DNA from: Eledone cirrhosa
Taxonomy: Eukaryota
DNA length: 64,000 nucleotides
Assembly: GCA_964016885.1 (NCBI GenBank)
Contig: OZ024743.1
Span: forward strand, 346,208,001 to 346,272,000
Reading direction: 5' to 3'
Part shown: piece by piece, positions 1 to 14,050 of the stretch
How the letters are laid out: each line of letters opens with the position of its first letter
Position numbering within the stretch: the first letter of the stretch is position 1
Translations under genes and position numbers: made by a program
The notes under the pieces: generated by a model
Seen by the model: only the letters and a program-made list of their open reading frames with translations
Told to the model about the DNA's origin: nothing
Databases searched by the model: none

Positions 1-576
1 ATAAAAATTGATAATTCAAATGGATGAGACATAATATATATTTTTAATATATTTTAAATATATCATCTTTCTTTCTTTTTCTCCTATACACTAATTTAAC
101 TGTATCCCTTCCCTTAACCTCTCACATATACGATGATCATCTGTCAAAAAGCAGCCTACTATGTTTTTTCACCATCAATGTATTTCTCTCTCTCCTTGTC
201 TCTCTATCTCGCTCCGTTGTTTTTCTTTGCATACATCTCTTCATCTTCTTCTTCTCATCTTCGTTTTCTTTCTATATAACTATCATAACAGTTTCACTAC
301 CAAATCAACTTTTTAAAAGGAAGTTGCAATATCACAAGGTATGTCACTAATTATTTATAAAACAGCTTATGTATTGTATTTTGTCTGAGGAAGGCATAAC
401 ATATTTTTAATATGATATCCCAGAAATATATATAACGAAATAAATATGGTTTTATAAATATAAATATGGTTTCCATTTGTTTAATATCGTAAACCTACTC
501 CAGAAACTGTTGAGTGCTTTTATATCAGTTATAAAATATTTACTCGTTGTAACCCAACAATCTTAAATAAAACTTT

Positions 577-580
<4 letters not shown>
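1..580 (+). mobile_element. 3' UTR/pseudo-LTR remnant of a Penelope-like element (family A), ending at a (TA)n tract
   Basis: About 290-580 closely matches 20955-21253 and resembles 6715-6916, which is the 3' end of the PLE pseudogene at 3960-5530. Pyrimidine-rich UTR, hammerhead motif, ends ...aaacttttgca(TA)n. Confidence 0.75.
373..446 (+). ncRNA. Minimal type I hammerhead ribozyme (family A), slightly degenerate
   Basis: CTGAGGA at 385-391, stem II hairpin, GAAA at 423-426, palindromic TATATA stem III, AUA cleavage triplet, stem I tattttgt/acgaaata. Confidence 0.6.
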
Positions 581-627
<47 letters not shown>

Positions 628-629
<2 letters not shown>

Positions 630-681
630 CTCTTTTACCTGTTTCAGACATCCGGCTGCGGCCATGCTGGGGCACCGCCCC
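628..681 (-). mobile_element. Short 3'-tail fragment of an octopus-type SINE embedded in (TA)n
   Basis: tactcttttacctgtttcagacatccggctgcggccatgctggggcaccgcc resembles a common octopus repeat end (recalled, not searched). Flanked by (TA)n on both sides. Confidence 0.45.
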
Positions 682-683
682 TG

Positions 684-758
<75 letters not shown>

Positions 759-1274
759 GTATGTATGTACATATATATCTTTATATGTATGTACATATAT
801 ATATGTATGTATGTATGTACATATATATATGTATCGTAATTTGTCGGAGACAGAAACTAATTTCCTATATATCACCCTTTTTATGGGCGATATGTTGTGT
901 GATGTCTATAAATCATGATGGCAAAATAAAGAAATAAGTTTTTAACAGAATGGTCATATCGAAAAAAATCTTCCTCCAACGCATGTCAAGATACCAATGT
1001 TATTATTGACATCATTTCTTTTTATATTATTTTATTATAGCATTTATACTTTTATGCTGCATCTTGTTTGGGAATTCATCCAAGTAACGGAATTTGCTCT
1101 TATTTTTATAACATTTTATTGTTTTTTAAATTTGGTATTACTTATTTTTTTCTCACACAAAATGTAAACGGCTAATCCTTCGTTAGATAATACCCTTGGG
1201 ATCAATGGCATCGTCCCTTAAATACTCTATGATTTTGCATGAGGTTATCACAATATATATAGATATATATCACA

Positions 1275-1374
<100 letters not shown>

Positions 1375-2368
1375 ATATATATTTATATATTATTTTTATT
1401 ATTATTACTATATATATATATGTGTGTATATATATAACGTGTGTCTGTGAATCTGTGTTTCTGTGTGAGTCAGTGCCTGTAGGTGCGCGCATATGTTTGT
1501 GTTCGTAAATGCACGAACAGAACTGGTCAATTTTTTGGCAGATAGAGTAAACATAGTTATATATACATCAGAAGACGAGAGCATGTTGATATTCCAAATC
1601 TCTCCATCTCTTTCTCTCTCTTTCACCCTCTTTCTCCTCTCTTCTCCCTCTGTCTTTATATATATATATATAAGCATGTGTGTGATTTTGTAAACATATA
1701 TACATATATATATATAAATGTACTAGCCCATGGATATATATTTATATGTGGAAATATACAAAGTCACACACTTATATATAGATATGATGAAGCGATAATT
1801 GTGGTACGAATTTTATTCCTCAACTTTGTTGTGTGATATATTCTGCTTCGGGCTTTTCATCAATTGACAAATATATCTTGTCCTAAAACAAAGATATGGC
1901 TAGAAACATGTTGATACACTGATGTATATTTTTTGAGCTTTATTTGCTACTAAACGTTTTGTTGATTTTGTTGTTTTTATGGACCATTGTTGTAAAGTTA
2001 TTGCCACACTATAATTATCTATTAGTTCACACATATGCATGAGAAAAATGATTTTTGTATTAGTTCATTTATACACACATACGAGCATGCAAGCTAATAC
2101 CAGTACGTATTGACGTATGCTAATATATTATGCTAATATATAATATACTTCACAATTTCTCCCTCAAGAGGACTATTGACTTGTAATGGCCAGGTCCAGC
2201 AACAGTCGAGTAAATTGAGAGGTCACTAGATAAGCCTGTAGACTCACAGTGTAATTTGCTGGTGCATTATGCTGAAAAAGAGTAGGCGAAACTGCAGTCG
2301 GGACTTTGACGGAAAAATAAGTATGTTTATATCTATTATTTTCTTGCATTCATTTTATATATATATAG

Positions 2369-2690
<322 letters not shown>

Positions 2691-3102
2691 ATATATATAT
2701 ATATAATAAAGGTTGACGGACCCACCATATTTATCAATGCCAGTACCGGTTGCATCTCGGCGCATTCAATGGGGAATGTAAGATACATTACTAGAGTATA
2801 CACATAGTTATTTGCCTCAACACAACACACGTACAACGGGTGCCTATAAGGTTCCCGGACTCGAGTTTCTGCTGCACTAATGCAGCAATAAGGTACACTG
2901 CACCATCTGTCAGCATATATTATGCAACAATGCACAATCGGCTTATGCGGCTTCATCAGCGGGTATCGCCTAATCAATAACCAATCGATCGACAGAATCC
3001 AAACACCGGCCCATGCCGGTCGTGACTGTTTGTGACAACCGACACGGTAATGCGATTAACTGGCAACCGACAGGACTCTATCTCTCAACTAGCCACTGAT
3101 TT

Positions 3103-3138
<36 letters not shown>

Positions 3139-3539
3139 TTTGTGGGTTTTAACGAGGTGGTAGAACGTTGGTAGTCTGCTGTTTCTGATGGTGGGATTGT
3201 TTTTTTATGTGCAGATATGCGTCCAGGTGGTATTCATGTGATCTTTAATCTGGGATGCAGCTATGTCTGTCACTTCTGAATATAGTTCATTGTTGTAAAG
3301 GTGATTATATGGCAAACTGTTGTATGTGTCCCTCCAGATGACGCAGAATTATTTCCCTTTGTTGGAAGGGAGGTATAGGAGGGCTTCTCTCGCATTACCA
3401 CGTAACTTTGTGTTACCTCGTCTTACACCCCCTTTTGCATTGTTTAGCCCTCTATCTCTTTCAACGTTATATATTATACACAATGCTTCAAGCAAACTAA
3501 CATAATATATTATATATATATATATATATATGTACATAT

Positions 3540-3690
3540 ATAACGAAGGAAGTGTGGTAAGGAACCAGATGGACCATAACGCACCAGAGTAGTCAATACT
3601 TAGGTTAGTAGAGTGGGTAATAGGAAAATGTTTAACCCAGACGGCAGAGCTCAAGCCGTTTCGACGGCAATTTCTAGACTAAATTAGAAT
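3540..3690 (-). mobile_element. Family B PLE 3'-end fragment carrying the 3' half of a hammerhead (GAAA-stem III-GUC)
   Basis: Minus strand reads gccgtcGAAAcggcttgagctctgccGTC...ccacacttccttcgttata and abuts a TA tract. Confidence 0.65.
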
Positions 3691-3959
3691 TTTTAGCGTG
3701 GTAATAAATACCCGAACTTTTCAAGGGGTAATTCCTTATATGGGAAGATTGTAGTTGTCAAAAGGATTGGTCAAAAAATCTTTTTTTCCCTTTATCTCTT
3801 CTTATCACTTCCTTCCACTCCCTCTCATCTTCCTTTTCCTTTTTCCTCTTTCGCCTACTCTGAAGCAGCCCATCAGGCTTTTGTAGCCTCAGTGCCCCTA
3901 CCCCAGTAAGTTCTATATAGCATTGGCCGAAAACGTAATAGCAGCTAAAAATATAGCAG

Positions 3960-5530
3960 CTGCTTTAGACTCTTTCTTAAAGAAAAGTCACACCTTAAAC
4001 TATGTAACGGTACTAATGAAGTAATAGATTGTTTTAAAGACATAAAATTAAAACATAAGAAAACATTTATTCAAATGGATATTGCAAATTACTACTCCTC
4101 TATTACCCCTAGATTACGCTTCTAAACATACAGACCTATCTAGTGAAGAAATGAATATAATTCTAACAGCACGTAAAACCCTAATGGAATTTAATAACCA
4201 TTTCTGGACAAGAGGCGACAGACAAAACAATTTTCATATTACTATGGGATCACCTGACTCGGCGCAAGTAACAGACCTCGTTGGATTATTTATTAATAAT
4301 GTACTGCATAGAAAAATGCCAGAGATGACCGGAGGTTTATATCGGGACGATATGTTACTTTTAATCGAAAACCATAGCAATAGTGAAATTAATAGGAAAA
4401 AAAATCCATAATACAGGTTTTCAACAACTACAACCTTAATTTAGAAATCGAGAATAATTATAAAATTGTTAACTTCTTAGATGTAACTTTAAACCTTAGT
4501 TCAGATCTTTATTATCCATTCCATAAAATTAATGAAAATCTAAATTACGTAAGTTTCAATTCTAATCATCATAGAAATATAAAAAAAGACTATTGTCAAT
4601 AGTGTCCAGCAACAGATTTCACGTATCTCCGCTAATAAAAATATTTTTGATGATAAGGCAGAATATTACAATGAGGCTTTACATAGAGCAGGATACTCGA
4701 ATAAAATTAAATACTTAGACAACAATAACATGATAAATTATCCTAATATTCATTATAATAACAATAAGCAATTCAACTTAAATAGTAAACCAAACAAAAA
4801 AACTATAACTAGAAATATTATTTGGTACTCTCCCCTATGCTCATTAGGCGTTAAAACACTTGTAGCAAAACTATTTTTTCAAAGACTGGATAAGTGTTTT
4901 CCTAAAGCCCACATATACCACTCTATTTTTAACAGACACACTATATAACTATCTTACTCTTCTACTATGGACATAGCTCAAAATATAAATAGAATTAATA
5001 ATAGAAACTTAAATTTAAATGCTAACCAAACAAACCAAGCTAACAATAATATTTCTAATAACAATATTCATACTAATAGTACCGCTCCTAGTAACAACAA
5101 CTCCCTAAAATGTAACTGTAGAATTGAATCAAACTGCCCTTTACAAAACAATTGCTTAGACAAAAAACTTAATTCATATATGCACAGTAACAACTAGCGA
5201 CAATATATTTAACTATATTCTACTAAATTCAAAGAACGCTGGTACAACCACAAACATACATTTAATAAGTACGATAACAAATCTTCCACTTCCCTTTCAC
5301 ATCTAATTTGGAATTTAAATGACAATAATATAGACTATTCAATATCTTGGGGAACGATTTCGAAAGCACTTGCATACCGAAATATGGCTTTCTCAAGAAT
5401 ATGTCATTTGTGCATCGAGGACATTTTTTATATAATTAACTGTCAAAATTCTATTAATTTAAGACACGAATTATTTAGTTCTTGCAGACATCGCCAAAAA
5501 TACACTTTCCGAAGTATTTTTAATCTATAA
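3960..5530 (+). pseudogene. Frameshifted Penelope-like RT + GIY-YIG endonuclease ORF
   Basis: Fragments FIQMDIA, ITMGSPDSAQVTDLVGL, GGLYRDD, NFLDVTLNL, RNIIWYSP, CNCR..CPL..C, C..CIE and SCRHR are colinear with the ORF at 42390. Multiple frameshifts. The AT-rich UTR continues to about 6916. Confidence 0.9.
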
Positions 5531-6716
5531 TATTCATTATACTTGACTACATCTTATACACCTTTAAAATGAGCGTGTTATTTACTGAGATTTTTTTTTA
5601 ATTTAAAATTTCTTAAATGATATTTCTTCTTAAATTTAGTATTCTTACCAATTGATATTCTTTTCCTAATGATACTCTTCTTAATCTATCTTTTAGATTT
5701 ATATATATTTTTTTAGATTGATACTTTTTAATTAATTTTCTGATAGATATCCTCTTCACGATAGTTCTTCTAAATGCACTCTCGACTTATCTAATGATGC
5801 ATTTTTTCCTCTCTTTAATCATCAAACTTTTCACAGATCTTTCTTTCGTCGTAGATAATATATAATTGAAATTCTCATCCTTGAAAACATATAATATAAA
5901 ATACCCTATAATCTCACACAAAATATTATATAATTTTCTCTACATACTTTCCGCATTTTCTAAGAAAATTATTCATCAATTTTAATTAAGCAAAAATAGA
6001 CATTATAACTTGTATGATAAATTATGTAATTTCGCTAAATTAATAATGTTCTGAAAATATTTTCAATGTTTGGATGAAAATATTTGAATCTACAAATTGT
6101 TCTCTTATAATTTGAACTACGTCTTTTTCTTAAATATATATGTAAAATGTAAAATCAACTTCCTTCGTAACTCATTAGAAATGTAAACAAATAAATACGT
6201 GTGGTTTATATTTATATAATCACCAATAATACTTATATTTATACAATTATTAATCTATATATATATTTATATACTTACAACCTGTTGCAATATAATAAGA
6301 TAAAATGTACTTACAACCAAAATTCTTCATATAATCTAATTGATTATATATATAATATTATAACTCATAATTTAGCTAAATATTTTTTTAAATTCTGGAA
6401 TCATATTCTACCACTCCAACAAACTTTTAATTCTTAACGTTTCAATCTTTTTAAATTCACGTAAATACAAGCTTTTCTTTCTTTCTCTTTCTTCTTCCCA
6501 TACATGCATATATATCCTAATAATTATTTAAATCTACCTAGCGTCTAAAAATAATATTTGTTTCAGCTCTGTGCCTCAACCTCATTTGCATATTCATCTT
6601 AATAATTTGAAATGTTTGTTTTTTCCTCTCTTCTCCCTTTTTCCTTTTACTATCCAGGTAAAACTTGAACCGTTAAGGTCTCATTCCTGGATATCTCAAT
6701 ATTTATAAAACAAACT

Positions 6717-6783
6717 TTGTATTTTATCTGATGAAAGCGAACCAAAGTTTTGGTACCCTTGAAATATATATAATAGAATAAAT
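6717..6783 (+). ncRNA. Minimal type I hammerhead ribozyme at the PLE 3' end
   Basis: CTGATGA at 6728-6734, stem II AAG..ACCAAA/TTTGGT..CTT, GAAA at 6761-6764, TATATA stem III, AUA triplet, stem I tattttat/atagaata. Confidence 0.75.
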
Positions 6784-7027
6784 ATGGTTTTATAAATATA
6801 GTTTCTATTTATTAATATCATTGATATTATTCTCCAGAAAACTTGTCGAGTGCTTCAAATCAGTTATAAATATATATATTTGTTGAATTACCAACAAATT
6901 AAATAGCCCTTTGCTTATATATATATATATATATATATATAGGTAAGTTATCCCGGGTTGAATCGGAGGTAACCACAGTAAGTAAGGTACTCAATACATA
7001 GCAGAGTATAAAGTTTTAATATAGATG

Positions 7028-7078
7028 AGATTCTACAGGACTAGAACTGTTTCATTCTTTAGAAATCATCAGGAATCT
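7028..7078 (-). ncRNA. Type I hammerhead ribozyme (family C)
   Basis: Exact reverse complement of the 7254-7304 motif. Confidence 0.75.
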
Positions 7079-7253
7079 GGCTTTCCAAAAATAAATGTTG
7101 TGGTGTTTATATCTTTTCAGGTGGAAGGAGAGGGTGGGGAGTGGGATGAGTGGAGGTCATTGGTTGAAAGAAAAGGGAATTCATTAAAAGCTAATTCTTT
7201 AAGGCTATAGCCTGAAAAGATATAAATACCACAACATTTATATTTAGAAAGCC

Positions 7254-7304
7254 AGATTCCTGATGATTTCTAAAGAATGAAACAGTTCTAGTCCTGTAGA
7301 ATCT
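7254..7304 (+). ncRNA. Type I hammerhead ribozyme (family C)
   Basis: AGATTC-CTGATGA-T-TTC-taaa-GAA-T-GAAA-CAG-ttctagtc-CTG-TA-GAATCT. Stems I, II and III pair, with a GUA cleavage triplet. Confidence 0.8.
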
Positions 7305-7818
7305 CATGTATATTAAAACTATATATATATATTTAATACATCAACAGAGAAAGCTTTAAGCGATTCTCTGACCAACTCCATCTCACTCAACAAACATTAG
7401 AACATACCTAAGTATAATCCAAATTTAGTATTTGGGGTGCTAACTATACAGTATTCCGTGGATAGCTGGTTGTATTATTTTATATGAGACATAATTAAAT
7501 AAATCTCTCTTTCCTTCCACACGATCGTTTCGTTATAAGATATCTACAATTTGAGATAAATAATGTCCAGGTTATGTAGAAACTTGTATATAATCCATAG
7601 ATATACAAACAAGCGGGCCCTTATAACAAATCAGTGGATGCCCATTCAATATCGATATAAAAAATTACATCGATATTAATAAATTAGTGATTGTCCCCGT
7701 CAGTGCTAAAAGGACAGGTAAATTTGAAAAGCCAGTAGTCTTTCAAAAAGAAAATTCACACTGTCCCCAAAAGGGAAAGGGGAGTCATCGTAATATATAT
7801 ATAAATATATAGGTCATC

Positions 7819-7855
<37 letters not shown>

Positions 7856-7865
7856 TCTATATACA

Positions 7866-7947
<82 letters not shown>

Positions 7948-7986
7948 TGTATATATATATGTATATATATATATATATATATATGC

Positions 7987-8050
<64 letters not shown>

Positions 8051-9940
8051 GATGACCTACTATATATTTATATATGAAAGTAAACGACCTATCGTTTAAG
8101 GTTACTTAAGCTCAGGTTACGAGTAATCTGTACCGAGGAATATTTCTGCGTACGGTGATAGTTGACTCAGCAGGATCCTTACTTATTTATATTTTTCGGA
8201 GGGTAGATTCCTGAAAGTTCCGTAATTAGTAATAGTAACAACAGGTAAAAGGTTGTTTAACACGGCTAAGCGATATAACAGAGTTTTACTCCAAGAATTA
8301 TGCTTGGAAAAAAATCCTCTTATATCGCGTACACCTGTTAATCATCCTTTTACCTGTTATATATATATATATTAAATATGTTCGACGTTATATTACTAGT
8401 TAGCCTTTAAATGTATGTATATGCGCAAAAATGTATAAGTATATATAGGTATGCAACTTACTGGTTGAGTTCTAGATTGGCTGGAATATATTTTGAATTC
8501 ACCTACTATAACATTTCTGTTCCCATACAACAGTCTTCCTATTATTTAGCGTTGGACTGCTAGATTTATCATCGGGGTAATACGCGCAAGTATGAAGCCA
8601 CTAACGACCTATGTATTGAGTTGGGCGTTAAACTGCTGAGGACGTGCAATTGTCCCGTTGCGTAATATATGCTGATAATACGCTGTTTTCTGCACACGGC
8701 AATTTTTATCACTGTTGTTGGGCAAAATATTCCACAGATATTAAATCCGTCCTGGAGTTTGATATATAACGAATCTTTACCTAAACACGGCCACTGCACT
8801 CACTGATAAAGTAATATGTCTTCACTCTGAACATCGAGATGCAGTTTCAAAACTGCAACCTTATTGATTCATCGAGTATGTAAATCATGGCCGGAGATCG
8901 CTTAAATAATGAGTGACGTCTGTAAACCGTGTATCTTTTTACTATTTGTTTCATCTGACATGTCTCCTGCATGAGGCTAGAGCTTTCCATATTTCTTTGT
9001 ATTGTTTATATATTGAGTATTGATCGTTCACCGTTATATTACTACTCAGAATTTAGATGCGTATATGTTGCGTGTATATATGTGTATATACGTATATTCC
9101 TATCTCTCTTTCTCACTCTCTCTCTCTCTTTCTATATATATATATATATATGCACATACGAACAGACCTTTACGCGCACGTACCCCCATACACACCACTA
9201 ACAGACGCACGCACGCATACTCACTTTACATCGGTTATCTTCCTTCCTAAACCTCTCTAGCACCGAAGATACCATTTGATCAGCCACTCTCCAAGATCGC
9301 CCACTGAACACGCACGTGCGGTTTCTTTTTCTTCCTATTTTTGTTCTCATTTTCCCCGTCCCTTCCTCTTATCACTCTTTACTTTCTATTTATCTTCTAA
9401 TTCTAACTCATCTTATGATGAAGAACAATTGTCCAAAACGGTACGACTCTCCTCCAGCAATTTAAACCGTTAAACTAATATATATTTTACTATGTACTGT
9501 GCCGTTTATTTTGATATTTTTGTTATTTCGGTTTACCTTTGACATCGTTAAAGGTATTTGTTTATATCTTATGAACATAGAAACAATATTACTCACATGG
9601 AGCACTAATGAGATCAGAACGTATCACAGTTTTCAAGCTCTAACATAGCAGCCGTTACAAGTTTTAAAATTTAAAGTCTATCACCAGCGACTGATTTAAC
9701 TAGAAGGCGTTTATCAACCAGGAACGTTGAACCTCATTCAACAACCAGTGATAATTTGCTTTATTTCGGAGCTATCTCAATTAGAGTCAGTATTATATTA
9801 AGGAACCATCTTAGCTCGAAGATCAGGACTGCATTTTCCCACCCCTGTGAAACTTAAATTTTGAGTTTAATTGCTTATACAGAAAGATAAGTCTGTATAA
9901 ACATTGCATTCATAAAGTTTTTGAACAAATTTTATAGCAC

Positions 9941-10462
9941 ACTGGCTGATGTACCAAGCATCACCCGGGTAAACAGATGATAGGTGAAGACAGAAAGAAA
10001 AGAAAACGACTGTATTGGATGCATTGTCTGTTTACAGAATAAGGTGAGACCGTGATGTATGTGAGGGACAAAAGAAAAAAAAACAAAAAAAAAAACAGTA
10101 GAATATCTTCCAAATACGTCAGGTTCTTTGATTTAACGTTCTTTGATTTACCGTGTATAGTATAAGAAGATTTCTAGGTGTTCCCACTCGTGAACAACCA
10201 GCATATGCCCATGAGCTTTGTTTATGGTCAAAGCAAAACTGACTCTAACAGGGAACAGAGGTCTTCGGAATTTGAACGGTAGCTTGATAGAGAAAAGGAT
10301 GAGAGGAATCTTGGAAATAAATGAATTTTCTCCCTGATGATGGCCTCCAAGAATAGTGATCTCTGGGAGATGGTTCATCTCTTGCCAGAATGTAAAGGGT
10401 GTGTCATTGCATTGACGTCATAGGTCAAGGTTTCTCAAAAGAATGATGTAAGTTCCAACCCT
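9941..10462 (-). mobile_element. Helitron 3' fragment (PIF1 helicase C-terminus plus terminal hairpin)
   Basis: Minus-strand peptides IILLRNLD and LPFKFRRPLFPVRVSFALTINKAHG match the PIF1 motif RxQFPxxxxFAxTINKSQG. A GC hairpin acccgggtgatgcttggt followed by ..ccagt lies at 9941-9971. Confidence 0.8.
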
Positions 10463-10513
10463 TTATATTATTTATATATATATATATAGATAATTATATA
10501 TCATTATGTGTGT

Positions 10514-10699
10514 AGGTGGATTGGCAGTATCGGTAGAGGGTCGGATGCCATGCTTTGATGCATAGAGTTACGGCCCTTGCCATTCTGAGTTCAAATCCCG
10601 CCGAGGTTAACATTGCCTTTCATCCGTACGGGGTTGATAAAATAAAGTACCAGTAATGTACTGGATAATTGCTGGCCTTGTGCCAAAAGTAGAAACAAT
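10514..10699 (+). mobile_element. tRNA-derived SINE with Nin-like domain (octopus type)
   Basis: A box tggcagtatcggt, B box gagttcaaatcc, core gcctttcatcc..cggggt.gataaaataaagtaccag, tail agaaacaat. Many copies in the window. Confidence 0.85.
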
Positions 10700-11370
10700 G
10701 ATGGGTGTATGTGGGTGCGTATGTGTATGTTCGTGTGTGTGTGTGTGTGTGTATGTTCGTGAGTGTGTATTTGTCCCCGTGTATGTGTGTGTATATGCGC
10801 GCGAGGGCGCGCATGTGTGTGTATGTGTGCGTGTGTGTGTGTGTGTAAACCAGCGTGTAAACCAGAGTTCGTATCGTAGACATTGGCCGCGAAACACGAT
10901 CATCATTGACAACGAACACGTAGAAAGAATTCCTTATGATAGATTCCCAACCTGCTAGAAATAGCAGTCAAGTTGGTTTGAATATAACGTAATGGCTCTC
11001 GTAATTAATAGTCCTTCAATTTATTACTTTAGAATCGAGATACAGAGTTTCACCGTCCCGATTTGGATTCTTCCAAATTTAATTTCTTCCGTAATATCTT
11101 CCCTGAAATATTCAACTTCTATATTATTTAATATAACTACCCCTCTTATGAATTATATTTGAGGTGATACTTCCATATATCACACACACACACACACACA
11201 CACACACTCTCTCGCTCACACACACACACACACACACACACACTCTCTCGCTCACACACACACACACACACACACACACTCTCTCTCGCTCACACACACA
11301 CATACACACATATATATATATGTGCGTGTGTGTGTGTGAGTGTGCACATATATGTAATGTATGTATGTGA

Positions 11371-11405
<35 letters not shown>

Positions 11406-11494
11406 GGAATGTAGAAAAGAGACACACAAGTTGATATTATACTGGAAAAAAACTTTCCACCATTTTCTACTGAATTTTTTCCTTTTTACTATCT

Positions 11495-11548
<54 letters not shown>

Positions 11549-12674
11549 GTTGCGGACGATATTCGTTCGCAAGATTACTGTCTAGAAGAAGTTAACACTA
11601 GTTTTATTTTTTAAGATATATTTATCAAACTTTATTAGTTTGTATATATATATATATATATATATATAAATATAGATAGCGAGAGAGAAAGGGGTTGAGA
11701 GAGAGGAGATCAAGAGAGAAATAAAAATGTAATTACTACGGTGTTACACTAACAGATGCGAAATTAGAAAGAGGAATGACAAGAAAAATAAATATATTGT
11801 ATGAGATATAGATAATTAGTTAGCTGGTTAGTATAGTTAGGGAGGACAGCATGAAGATATGTGGGTAGGTAAGTAAGTAGGTAGGAAGGTAGATTGGTAT
11901 GTAGGTATATAAATGTATGGGTAGGTTGTTAAATGTGTAGTTAGATTTTAAATAGCTAGACAAACAGACCGACGTTTGGGCAGTGATCAACGATTTCATC
12001 TGGCAGACTCTTGACTAGTCCCTGGAGAACCATGCCACAACTATAGCTGCCAAACAATGTACTGAATATAACAGCTGTGTTGTTCCAAATGTCACAACAG
12101 GTGGGGTTTCGTGTCGTTAACACTACGTGGGGGAGCTGTCATTTTTTTTACTACTTTTCACTTTTCCTTCGTGTTTACAAGTTCTTGTGTGACCATAACT
12201 AAATTTATGTGTATGTTTATGCGTATGTCTGTATGTATATATTTGCATGTACGAACGAGTAAAAATACTACAGAGAGTAGAACATATTTATTTTTCGAAA
12301 TTAATTCTTCAATCTCCCAGTATTTGAATATTCTTGTTCGGTTACAACAGAAAATCTGAATAACGACTAAAAGTGAAGTTAGTCTCCAAAGAAATTATAT
12401 GTTGGATCATCCATCGATTTCGACGATGAGCCTTTAGGTGCACGATCATCAGAACAAGCAACTCATTAAATTAATGTGTAAATAAAAGAGAATTCATCTG
12501 ATACGTATAACATTAATGTAATTACCAAGCCGAATAATTTTGAAAGAATATATGACGAAGCTGAACCTTCGGGGTATAGATACATTCCTCCAACTAATTG
12601 CAGCCACCAAGCAAAAGTTGTCTCGAGGATATAGTATAAGACATTCATGAAATAATTCTGCGCATCATTTATAT

Positions 12675-12988
12675 CAGCAGCGTGCAACAGGCGGCCCGCG
12701 GTCCACAATCCAGCCCACCACATCAGTCACAGTGGCCCGCGGTGACCGTTTTTAATGATTACCTTGTAGGCTTATTTAGAATTTTGTTCGTAACCGTAAT
12801 ACAATTTTCTGTTAGTTGATCTATACTAAAGGGCTTCACTGATAGGGTTATGTGTGTTGTAATTTCTCAGTTCCATGGAAAGAAGTTGTGGTAAATCTTT
12901 AAAATAGTACTTAATAAATATTAATGGCTCTAATATTTGTTCCAATGTTCAAAAGTGGCCCGCCAATGGAATATGTTGCACACTCCTG
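12675..12988. mobile_element. hAT (Buster/Charlie-like) MITE
   Basis: 14-bp imperfect TIRs cagcagcgtgcaac / gttgcacactcctg, subterminal GGCCCGC motifs, degenerate 8-bp TSD atttatat / gtttatac with a central TA. Confidence 0.7.
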
Positions 12989-13234
12989 GTTTATACCTTT
13001 AGGATTTAGGATTTTTTTCCTGTATTTAGGATTTTTTTCCTGTATTAGTACTCACTACTTTCATGAATAGATTCTATTTCACGTAATAGATGTTCAATAA
13101 TATAGATAATATGAGATATAAGTATGTTGGAGATATTTAAGTGAAGTTGGAATGTTGATAATTAGTTACAAATAACTCATCAGAGTGGAAAATAGAGAGT
13201 TAAGTATAAATAAGTAGATCTATCTAAAACAAAA

Positions 13235-14050
13235 GGCGGCGAACTAGCAGAGCCGTTAGAACATCGGGTAGACTGCTTTATGGTATTCGTTCCGGCTCAC
13301 AGCCCTGTGAGTTCATATCCCAGCGAGGTCAACTTTATCTTTCATCCTTTGGATAAAATAAATTACCAGTCTAATACTAAAGTCGATTCTTCCTCTTTAT
13401 CTTTTTCTCATTTCCTCTCTCTCAGATTTTATCTTTCTCTGGAAGAAATCTACTGTACTCAAACCGGAAGAGTAATGGGCTCCACCAGGCTATAAAAATG
13501 CCCAAGAAACGCCGTATGTTAATACGCAGCCACTACGACTCTATCAGAAGTTACGGGACCATATCATCTAATAGAAACATGATAAAGTTTTGCTGTGGAT
13601 TGAAACTCGGGAATATATCCTATATTTAACATTTATGTGCAAAATACGATATTTTATTATATGGCATACGTAGTTGTTTCAAATCATTTTCTCTAGTGTT
13701 TGCTTTGTGTAACTTATATTCAGTAAATATGGTTGTGAATTACGTTGGATAGAATGCTTTGCGGTATTCGGTTCGGCTCTCTGATATCTGAATTCAAATC
13801 CCGTCTTTCAATTATTCGAGATCGATAAAAGAAAATGCCAGATTTATTAAAGCATTCACGCAGCTAAGCACACACACAGGCTAGCGCAAACATTTCCATT
13901 CCCCCGCACTCTATCCTTCTCTGGAAGAAATCTGCTGTATTCAGAATTGAAGTGGGTCAGGTTCCTCTAGGTTTCAAAAATGCCCTTCTAACGTCGTATG
14001 TCAATAGGGTACTTACACCTAGGAATTCATCGGGAGTTACGGGACCCAGC
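13235..14050 (+). repeat. Old tandem duplication (~490-bp unit) of a diverged SINE plus downstream sequence
   Basis: SINE remnants at about 13235-13390 and 13745-13840 are each followed by ctctggaagaaatct.ctgta...aaaaatgccc...gttacgggacc. Confidence 0.6.

Larger units (their letters stand above)
6942..7320. mobile_element. Fold-back PLE-end derivative (family C) between TA tracts, with a hammerhead on each strand
   Basis: About 7013-7121 and 7211-7320 are inverted repeats. A related copy lies at 59605-59762. Confidence 0.75.

Noticed and set aside
2930-2965. CTGATGA on the minus strand as a hammerhead
   Set aside because: Followed by GATT rather than GAAA, with no convincing stems I or III.
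3855-3950. ctgaagc..ggccGAAAacgt hammerhead-like segment upstream of the PLE pseudogene
   Set aside because: The core and stems are too degenerate to call.
9405-9475. Hammerhead-like atgatga..aaaa-cggt..accg
   Set aside because: Both core segments are mutated and stem I is unclear. At best a relic.
10514-10605. tRNA-like A/B boxes as tRNA genes
   Set aside because: No cloverleaf. They are SINE heads repeated through the window.
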